The notes beneath the pieces were generated by a model. The model ran no database searches. It saw only the letters and a list, made by a program, of their open reading frames with translations, and had not been told where the DNA came from. From a virus, in the IMG/VR virus record IMGVR_UViG_3300014501_000012, positions 1 through 64,000 of that record: a stretch of DNA of 64,000 nucleotides. The stretch is one strand, 5' to 3'. This document shows positions 54,250 through 61,192 of the stretch, one piece after another (position 1 is the first letter of the stretch; every line of letters starts with the position of its first letter). Position numbers and translations under genes: made by a program.

Positions 54250-55457
54250 ACACCGTCCGCCGCATCCCCGAGCTCATCGTCCCAGGCAAGCGCCTCGGGC
54301 GACACGTCAACCACGACGACCGCTCGCTGGCCTACGCGCTCCCCGAGGCCGACACCGTGGTCAGCGTCCAATGGTCCCGGGTCATCCCAATTTTGGATCA
54401 GGGGGCCGTCGGCGCCTGTACTGGCAACGCATGCACCGGGATCCTTGGGACCGTGCCCGATTATCGGGACCTCGCGGCCAAGCTCGCCGCTGGCCTGGTT
54501 CTCGACGAAGCCGAGGCTTTGACGCTGTACTCGGCGGCCGAGACGATCGACGGTGACGGCCCGTACCCGCCGAACGACAACGGGTCCTCGGGACTCTCGG
54601 TAGCTCAGGCGGCCAAGAACGCCGGGCTGTGCTCGGGCTACGTCCACGCCCTGAGCGTTGCCGGGGCCCACACCGCCATCCAGGCCGGCCCGTTCATGGT
54701 CGGCTCGGACTGGTACACGAGCTTCGACACCCCCGACCCCAACGGGCTTGTGGCGATCGCTCCCGGCGCCACCGTCCGCGGCGGCCACGAGTACGAGTGC
54801 ATCGGCTACGACGCGGCCAGCGACCTGTGGCACCTGGTCAACTCCTGGGGGACCACCTACGGCGTCGAGGGGCACTTCTACTACTCGACGGCCACCTTCG
54901 CCGATCTTCTCGCCAGCGATGGGGACGTGACCTCGTTGGTCCCGTTGAGCCTGCCTGCCCCCACGCCCTCCCCGGCGCCCGCTCCCCCGGCTCCTGCGCC
55001 GACGCCGAGCCCACCGCCATCCCCCGCACCAGTCCCAACCCCACCGCCGTCCGGGTGCAGCCCGTTCGGCTCGAACAGAGGAGCAGCCATGGCCGCCTAC
55101 CAGAACGCGACGGACGTCCCCGACCGCGTCATCGTTCCCTCGGTGCCGATCCCTTCGATCCCCCTGCCGACGTGGAGCGATCCGGCGTCGGTGACTGCCT
55201 TCATCATCTCGGCCACCACCCTCACGCTCGGCATCCTGACGATGTTGCACGTGACCGTCCCCGCGAGCGTGTCGAACAACGTCACCACGTGGGCGGGGCT
55301 CGCCGGAGTCGCCATCGCCGCGCTGGTGCCGGTGTTCAACTGGGTCCGGGTCCACCTCGGGAGCAAGGTGGCGATGCAGATGGGGGTCCCGGTGCGCAAC
55401 CGCTACGGGGCGGTCTATCTGACGCAGGGGCCTGCCAGACCATCCATACAGGGCTGA
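54246..55457 (+). CDS. Papain-like (C1) cysteine peptidase fused via a Pro linker to a holin-like 2-TM domain
   Basis: LDQG.VGACTG (Cys), GGHE (His), VNSWG (Asn); C-terminal DP.....IS...LGIL...AALV. Confidence 0.8.
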   Translation: MNTVRRIPELIVPGKRLGRHVNHDDRSLAYALPEADTVVSVQWSRVIPILDQGAVGACTGNACTGILGTVPDYRDLAAKLAAGLVLDEAEALTLYSAAETIDGDGPYPPNDNGSSGLSVAQAAKNAGLCSGYVHALSVAGAHTAIQAGPFMVGSDWYTSFDTPDPNGLVAIAPGATVRGGHEYECIGYDAASDLWHLVNSWGTTYGVEGHFYYSTATFADLLASDGDVTSLVPLSLPAPTPSPAPAPPAPAPTPSPPPSPAPVPTPPPSGCSPFGSNRGAAMAAYQNATDVPDRVIVPSVPIPSIPLPTWSDPASVTAFIISATTLTLGILTMLHVTVPASVSNNVTTWAGLAGVAIAALVPVFNWVRVHLGSKVAMQMGVPVRNRYGAVYLTQGPARPSIQG

Positions 55458-55470
55458 GAGTCCTCGCCGC

Positions 55471-55605
55471 TTAGCGGCGCGCCCAGCACGGGTCGTCCAT
55501 CTCCAGGTCCATCACGGCGATCCGGATCCGGAGGAGCGCCCTCTTGGCCTCGGGGCTCATGGCGTCCCACTGGGACTGGGTGGTCGGGGTTTCGATCGGG
55601 TTCAT
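55471..55605 (-). CDS. 44-aa leaderless hypothetical protein
   Basis: TATACT-7nt-ATG; MNPIETPTTQSQWDAMSPEAKRALLRIRIAVMDLEMDDPCWARR. Confidence 0.55.
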   Translation of the reverse strand: MNPIETPTTQSQWDAMSPEAKRALLRIRIAVMDLEMDDPCWARR

Positions 55606-55720
55606 GGGTACTAGTATACACGGCCGACCCCCGAATACCAGGGGTTTCGACCAGAAATAGGCGGGAGTTTCTCCCCGTTTGCCCTGGTAATCGGGTGGGG
55701 ACCATGTATACTAGTACCCA
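55605..55720. promoter_or_regulatory. Divergent promoter pair forming a long imperfect palindrome (operator B x2)
   Basis: Perfect 16-bp inverted repeat TGGGTACTAGTATACA / TGTATACTAGTACCCA, plus CCCGAATACCAGGG / CCCTGGTAATCGGG. Confidence 0.75.
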
Positions 55721-55753
55721 CCAGGCAGGACCCGACCCAAGGAGGAAGCCCAG

Positions 55754-56119
55754 ATGGGACTCGTAATCAGTGTTTGCAGGGAAGTCGAGACCGGAGATTG
55801 CACGGCTGGCGGGATCTCCGGTCGGCACGGCCGCCTGACCGTGGTCAACATCGACGGGCCGTTCGACCCGACGCCTGACGCGCCCGCCGTCGCCCTGATC
55901 GACGGGCATCGGCCCGGCGACAAGATCCTGGTCCCGGTCATCTCTAACGGCGTCGCGTACCAGCGCGTCAGCCCAGAGGGGTTCACGGGTCCGATGTTCG
56001 GCGGCAACTTCGGGGCCACCTCGGACAGCCGATTCGGTCGGGCGACGGGGATCTACGGCGCCATCCCGATCCACGACCGGTTCGAGACCCATGAGGTCTA
56101 TGCCGCGATGTCGGACTGA
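55754..56119 (+). CDS. Hypothetical protein (conserved phage family)
   Basis: DCT.GGIS...GPMFGGNF..TSDSRF...AIPIHDR.ET; strong SD. Confidence 0.7.
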   Translation: MGLVISVCREVETGDCTAGGISGRHGRLTVVNIDGPFDPTPDAPAVALIDGHRPGDKILVPVISNGVAYQRVSPEGFTGPMFGGNFGATSDSRFGRATGIYGAIPIHDRFETHEVYAAMSD

Positions 56120-56134
56120 CCCTCGGTAGCATCA

Positions 56135-56313
56135 TGGCTGGGCCTTTCAGGAGGGGTCCCACGACGCGGGAGGTTCTTTCGAGGGACCTCCCGTTGTCGC
56201 GTGGGTGGTGTTACGATCCGCGGCCAGGGAACCGTCGCCATAGCGGCGTTTCCTCCTTGGGGCGAGCGTCCGCTCTTCCGGGTTCGACGGGTCCTTTGCG
56301 GGTCGCCCAGCCA
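56135..56313 (+). ncRNA. Candidate structured non-coding RNA (~180 nt)
   Basis: TAGCAT -10 at 56127; 9-bp closing helix TGGCTGGGC/GCCCAGCCA; long UUCG-capped hairpin 56158-56205; multibranch domain; G-U pairs only on the plus strand. Confidence 0.6.
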
Positions 56314-56337
56314 ACTCCGGGGGGGCGGGCGTTCGCA

Positions 56338-56411
56338 TGTCACACCCTCGTCGTAGGGTTGGTGCTGGCTCGCTACACCTGTAGCGGGTAGGGTCTACCC
56401 ACCCAAGGAGG
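56338..56411 (+). promoter_or_regulatory. recE/recT promoter region: TGTCAC-N10-TAGGGT, operator C, second TAGGGT with operator A, SD
   Basis: Elements at 56338-56359, 56371-56386 (CGCTACACCTGTAGCG), 56389-56400 and 56402-56411. Confidence 0.6.
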
Positions 56412-56416
56412 TGCCC

Positions 56417-57388
56417 ATGACCGTGACTAGCGAAGTGATCGACGCCCACGCCGAGGTCGTCGTCGAAGACACGACGAAGTTGGAGCGGCCCGAGTGGCTG
56501 GCTTTGCGCCGGCTCGGGATCGGCGGCTCCGACGCGGCGGCCGCTCTCTCGCTCAGCCCCTACGACTCGCGCTACGCCCTGTGGGTGGACAAGACCATGG
56601 GCGTCGACGACGAGGACAACGAGTCGATGTTCTGGGGGCGCCAGCTCGAAGAGGCCATCGGGCGCGGCTACGCCATCAAGACGGGCAAGGTCGTCGAGCG
56701 GTTCCCCAAGCTCCTGCGGTCTCGGCGGTGGCCCCACATGCAGGTGAACCTCGACTTCATCAACCCGGCCGAACTCGAGGTCGTCGAGGTCAAGAACACG
56801 GGGGCCCACATGGGCGACCTGTGGCAGGACGACGATGGCCGCCCGGTCGTCCCCCCGCACTACGCCATCCAAGGGCTGCACGAGCTGGCGGTGACCGGCT
56901 TCGAGCGCACCACGTTCCCCGTCCTCGTCGGTGGCAACCGGATGAAGATGGTCACCATCGAGCGCGACGACAAGGTCATCGAAGACCTGGCCGAGGCCGA
57001 GGCGGCGTTCTGGAAGCTCGTCGAAGAGAACACCCCTCCGGCCGTGGATGGCAGCCGGGCGACGTCGGAGACCCTCGCCGCCATCTACGGGGACCCCGAC
57101 CCCGACAGCATCATCGCCCTCGACGACTATCGCACCTCCGACGGGGAGTCGGTACCTGATCTGGTGAAGGGCTACAAAGACGCCGCCGCCCGAGTGAAGG
57201 CGGCGAAGGACGACCAGGACTACTACAAGAACAACCTTTTGGCGGCCATGGGTGACTTCGAGGTCGCCATCATCGGTGGCCATCCCGTCGTGACCTTCAA
57301 GAAGGTCGACAACGGGGGCTACACCAGCGTCGTTCAACCGTTCTCCTACCGCCGTATCAACACCAAACCCAAGGGAGCCCAGAAATGA
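56417..57388 (+). CDS. YqaJ/RecE-like exonuclease
   Basis: EWL..RR.GIGGSD, WG..LE, NLD, EVK and P.HY..Q motifs. Confidence 0.9.
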   Translation: MTVTSEVIDAHAEVVVEDTTKLERPEWLALRRLGIGGSDAAAALSLSPYDSRYALWVDKTMGVDDEDNESMFWGRQLEEAIGRGYAIKTGKVVERFPKLLRSRRWPHMQVNLDFINPAELEVVEVKNTGAHMGDLWQDDDGRPVVPPHYAIQGLHELAVTGFERTTFPVLVGGNRMKMVTIERDDKVIEDLAEAEAAFWKLVEENTPPAVDGSRATSETLAAIYGDPDPDSIIALDDYRTSDGESVPDLVKGYKDAAARVKAAKDDQDYYKNNLLAAMGDFEVAIIGGHPVVTFKKVDNGGYTSVVQPFSYRRINTKPKGAQK

Positions 57389-58737
57389 CCACGACAGCGA
57401 CACCCACCGCCAGCACCGACTCGGTCGGCGCCGCCATCGCCGAGCGCCGCAACAGTCCTGAACGCGCCGGCAAGACGATGGCTGAGCACGTCCGGGACCA
57501 CCGCGAGGCGATCGCCAGCATGCTCGGTAGCGAGGCCAAGGCCGACCGATTTATCTCGGTCGCGTTGCACCACTACAACGAGAACGGGTCGCTCAAGAAC
57601 GTGACCATGCCGCTCACGATCCTGGGTGCCATCATGCGGGCGGCCTCGCTACGACTCGACTTCACGCTGGACACTTGCTACATCGGCCCGCGCAAGAAGA
57701 AGGTCGGCAGCGGGTGGGCCACCGTGGCGCAGTTCCAGCTCGGATACAAAGGAATCATCGACCTCGCTCGGCGGTCACAAGAAATCAAGGAGATCGTCGC
57801 GCGGCCCGTATACGCGGGCGAGCCCTTCCAGATCTGGACGGATGAACTAGGCGACCACATGCGCCACGAGCGTCACCCTGAGCTGCAAACCGGCGATATC
57901 CTTTTTCACTACTCGCTGGCCGTGTTCACGAACGGCGGCAGCAACATTCAGATCGCCACGCTGGAGGATGTCGCCAAGCGGCGCGAGGCGAGCGACATGG
58001 GAACGTCCGAGTACGGGCCGTGGGTCAAGTGGCCGGTCGAGATGGCCAACAAGACGGCTGTCAGGATGCAGTCACCGTGGCTCCCCCTCAGCGTGGAAGC
58101 CCGCCAGGGAATCGAAGCGGACGAGACGGTCGTCGAATACACTCCGAGCGGCTTCATCCGGGAGGCGCCGAGCCCGGCCGAGGAGCCTCAGCCCCCCGAC
58201 GGGCTGGACGCCGGGACCCCGACGCTCGGGCGCGAGAACGTCCTGGAGAACATCGTGGGCTACATGGAGGCGCTCGAGCCCAAGGACCGCAACGCCTGCG
58301 GGTCGTACCTCTTGCGTACCTACGGATCGCTCGACCGGGTCCCCGACGAGCAGTTGGCCACGGTCCTCGAGATCGCCCGAGACTGGGCGGAGAAGGGCCA
58401 GCCGGGCGGTGGCCCCCAGACGGCCTCAGATGCCCCAGGAGCCCCGGGGGGTGCCGAACCCCCGTCAGAGGCGCCAGCGGGGCGGGACGGTGCCGATCTG
58501 GGGGAGTCGGGGCAAACGGGCGACCCCCAGCCTGGGCCATCGGGCCGGATCGATGAAGACCTCCTCGACAAGACCCAGCGGGTGATCGAGACCTGGACAC
58601 CCGAGCAGGTGGACCGGATCAGCCGGGAGTGGGAGATCCCGGTGCAGGGCAAGATCGAGGCGCGCCGGCTCCGTCTCGTCGAGCGCCTGACCCGCGAGCG
58701 CCAGGCCGGGAACCAGGCGGCGATAGATCTCTTCTAG
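57385..58737 (+). CDS. recT: RecT-family recombinase with long C-terminal extension
   Basis: AQFQLGYKGIIDLARRS; PW.....EMA.KT.VR....WLPLS. Confidence 0.9.
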   Translation: MTTTATPTASTDSVGAAIAERRNSPERAGKTMAEHVRDHREAIASMLGSEAKADRFISVALHHYNENGSLKNVTMPLTILGAIMRAASLRLDFTLDTCYIGPRKKKVGSGWATVAQFQLGYKGIIDLARRSQEIKEIVARPVYAGEPFQIWTDELGDHMRHERHPELQTGDILFHYSLAVFTNGGSNIQIATLEDVAKRREASDMGTSEYGPWVKWPVEMANKTAVRMQSPWLPLSVEARQGIEADETVVEYTPSGFIREAPSPAEEPQPPDGLDAGTPTLGRENVLENIVGYMEALEPKDRNACGSYLLRTYGSLDRVPDEQLATVLEIARDWAEKGQPGGGPQTASDAPGAPGGAEPPSEAPAGRDGADLGESGQTGDPQPGPSGRIDEDLLDKTQRVIETWTPEQVDRISREWEIPVQGKIEARRLRLVERLTRERQAGNQAAIDLF

Positions 58738-58763
58738 GTCCCCGGCCCGATCTGGGCTCCCGC

Positions 58764-58796
58764 GTATACTAGTAACCATCCCCAAACCCAAGGAGG
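58764..58796 (+). promoter_or_regulatory. Promoter/operator B plus CCCAAGGAGG SD
   Basis: GTATACTAGTA at 58764-58774; SD at 58787-58796. Confidence 0.7.
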
Positions 58797-58804
58797 GAAA
58801 CCCC

Positions 58805-59068
58805 ATGAGACCAGTGCACCCGGAGGACAAGTCCGTCGTCGAGATCCTGCTACTCGGCGCGGCGGTCGGCGCGTTCATCACCGGGGCGGTCCTCGCCCTG
58901 GCGCTGTCGCCGGGGGAGATCGGCCCGGAGGTCGGGGTCTTCGTCGGTGGCGTCGCCGTGGCGGTGATGTTCGTCGGGCTCGCGCTCGCCGTCCACTTTC
59001 ACCGTCAGGCGCGGTTTGCTGAGGCCCGCGACTTCTGGGCGTGGAAGCGCCGCGGGCAGCTCCGGTGA
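58805..59068 (+). CDS. Two-TM membrane protein
   Basis: Hydrophobic segments; strong SD. Confidence 0.6.
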   Translation: MRPVHPEDKSVVEILLLGAAVGAFITGAVLALALSPGEIGPEVGVFVGGVAVAVMFVGLALAVHFHRQARFAEARDFWAWKRRGQLR

Positions 59069-59778
59069 AAGCGGCGGTCATCCCGATCGGTCGGATCAAA
59101 CCCTCCGAGGTCAACCCCCGCTTCGAGCCCCGTGAACTCGAGGGCCTGACGCAGTCGATCCGGCAGTACGGGATCCTCGAGCCCCTGTTGGTCCGGGCGA
59201 TCCCGGGTGACCGGGAGCACGTCGAACTCGTCGCCGGTTCGCGCCGGCTGGCGGCAGCGAGACTCGCCCGGCTGAGCGAGGTCCCGGTTGTGTTCATGGC
59301 GGCGATGACCATCCCCGACCAGCGCGTCCTCTCGTTGACGGAAAACCTCCACCGGTTGGACATGACGCCGATCGAGAAGGGTGAGACGTACTTACAGATC
59401 GCCCGGGAGCGCGGGATCAACCAGACCGAGGTGGCGAAGCTCTGCTCCGTCTCCCCGTCCGAGGTGAGCAACTTCATCGGGCTCGTCCGGCGGGCCTGTC
59501 CCGAACTTCGGGAGGCGGCGCACCTAGGGACCGTCCCGCTTTACGTCGCCATGGAGTTGGTCAAGCTCCCCCACGAGCGCCAGCAGGCGCGACTGGCATC
59601 GAGGAAGACCAAACACAAGACCGGCCAGGAGCGGGTCCGCAACTCGGCGACGTCGGGGTACGAGCAGTACTCGGTCAATCTCGGGCGCGCCCGAAGCGCC
59701 TTCCTCAACGAGGACTGGGAGACGGCCGTGGAGTACCTGGAGAAAGCCGTGGCGATGTGCGAGCGGCGGTTAGCGTAG
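59065..59778 (+). CDS. ParB/Spo0J-like protein
   Basis: NPR, L..SIRQYGILEPLLVR, VAGSRRL.AA and ENL.R.D..PIE motifs; HTH. Confidence 0.88.
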   Translation: MKAAVIPIGRIKPSEVNPRFEPRELEGLTQSIRQYGILEPLLVRAIPGDREHVELVAGSRRLAAARLARLSEVPVVFMAAMTIPDQRVLSLTENLHRLDMTPIEKGETYLQIARERGINQTEVAKLCSVSPSEVSNFIGLVRRACPELREAAHLGTVPLYVAMELVKLPHERQQARLASRKTKHKTGQERVRNSATSGYEQYSVNLGRARSAFLNEDWETAVEYLEKAVAMCERRLA

Positions 59779-59782
59779 ATGC

Positions 59783-60097
59783 GTGGTGATGATCGCCCGA
59801 TTCCCCTGGCAGGCAGGAGCCATCTGCGAGGACGTCGACCTGTTCTACGGAGACGACCAGGACGCCCGGGAGGAAGCCCTCGCCACCTGCGCCCAGTGTC
59901 CGGTCATCGTCGAGTGCCGGGAATACGCGATCTACCACGAGGAGTTCGGAACGTGGGGTGGCACGTCCGAACGCTACCGACGGCGTTACCGGGCGCGCCA
60001 CGACATCGCGATCTCGTCCCCCCAGACGGTGTTCGACCTGAGCGAGCGGGCGCTGGCCCGACGCGCGGCGGCGGCCGCGGCAGCGGAAGCCTCCTGA
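59783..60097 (+). CDS. whiB: WhiB-family transcription factor
   Basis: W...A.C...DLFY...C..CPV..EC..YA...GTWGG.SE. Confidence 0.9.
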   Translation: MVMIARFPWQAGAICEDVDLFYGDDQDAREEALATCAQCPVIVECREYAIYHEEFGTWGGTSERYRRRYRARHDIAISSPQTVFDLSERALARRAAAAAAAEAS

Positions 60098-60109
60098 CCG
60101 GAGCGTCCC

Positions 60110-60334
60110 ATGGCTGACGAGGCCGCCCGCCTCCGCGACGTCGTCCAGGTCCTCGAGGAGGAACTGAACCTCACGGCGACGACCGCCGGGGACCTCCTGG
60201 GTTACATCGACGGGATCCTGCGCGAGGTCCACCGGACCCACCACGACGGGGCGACGAAGTGGAAGGACTGTCCGCGGTCGTTGTGTGAGCGCGGCCGGAT
60301 CTCGTTCGCCAAGCTCGGGATCGAGCCGACGTGA
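60110..60334 (+). CDS. Hypothetical protein
   Basis: GGAG SD; GTGA overlap with the next gene. Confidence 0.55.
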   Translation: MADEAARLRDVVQVLEEELNLTATTAGDLLGYIDGILREVHRTHHDGATKWKDCPRSLCERGRISFAKLGIEPT

Positions 60335-61068
60335 CCGACCGCTGGCCAGCCGGGCTACTCGCTGGCTTCGACCTCGAGACCACCTCCGCCTCGCCGCACG
60401 AAGCCCTCCCCGTCTCCTACGCCATCGTCCGCTTCGACTTCGGCCAGCCGACAAAAGGCAAGACCGGACTCATCGACCCCGGCGTTGAGGTCCCCGAAGA
60501 GGCGACGAAGATCCACGGGATCACGACCGACCGCGTGCGGAGCGAGGGGCAGCCGATCGAGGAGGCGGTGCCCGAGATCTGCGCGACACTGCTCAAGGCC
60601 CGAGACGCCGGCGCGCCGATCGTCGGGATGAACATCGCCTACGACCTGACGATCATGGACCGCCTCTCGCGTCAGATCATGGGGACCCCGCTCCCCGACC
60701 TCGCCCCGGTGCTCGACCTCTACGTCATGGACAAGCACTACGACAAATGGCGGAAGGGAAAACGGACGCTCACCGACCTCGCCGCGCACTACGGGGTGGA
60801 GATGGGCGAGGCCCACGACGCGGTGGCCGATGTCGAAGCCGCCGTTCGATGCGTCCTGGCGCTCGTCGACAAGCACCCGGGCATCGCGCGCTTCGACCCG
60901 AAACACCTTCACGACTGGCAGGTGAAATGGAGCCTGGCGCAGAACGAGGACTTCTCGGCGTACCGGGTCAAGCAAGGCGGCAAGCCCCTCGACCCCTGGG
61001 ACTTCGGGTGGCCGATCCGCAACGCTCTCCCCGGATCGCCCGTGGATTCCGCGGCGGCGGAGGGCTAG
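60331..61068 (+). CDS. DnaQ-like DEDDh 3'-5' exonuclease
   Basis: FDLETT, IHGIT, N..YD and AHDAVAD motifs. Confidence 0.9.
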   Translation: MTDRWPAGLLAGFDLETTSASPHEALPVSYAIVRFDFGQPTKGKTGLIDPGVEVPEEATKIHGITTDRVRSEGQPIEEAVPEICATLLKARDAGAPIVGMNIAYDLTIMDRLSRQIMGTPLPDLAPVLDLYVMDKHYDKWRKGKRTLTDLAAHYGVEMGEAHDAVADVEAAVRCVLALVDKHPGIARFDPKHLHDWQVKWSLAQNEDFSAYRVKQGGKPLDPWDFGWPIRNALPGSPVDSAAAEG

Positions 61069-61150
61069 GGTCGCGCGGTCATCGAACGCGACGAAGGCTC
61101 CCCATTGCAGGACAGGGAGCCTCCGCCAAAACCGCACGATGGAGGTGCGC

Positions 61151-61192
61151 ATGGAAAGCCTATCCGATCTGGCGGCGAGCATCCCTAAATGA
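61151..61192 (+). CDS. Putative 13-aa leader peptide coupled to rep
   Basis: GGAGG-5nt-ATG; MESLSDLAASIPK; stop overlaps the rep ATG (ATGA). Confidence 0.5.
   Translation: MESLSDLAASIPK

Noticed and set aside
56276-56313. GGTTCGA and terminal CCA suggesting a tRNA/tmRNA/Y-RNA identity
   Set aside because: No canonical 5-bp T stem adjoining an acceptor stem; kept only as an unidentified structured RNA
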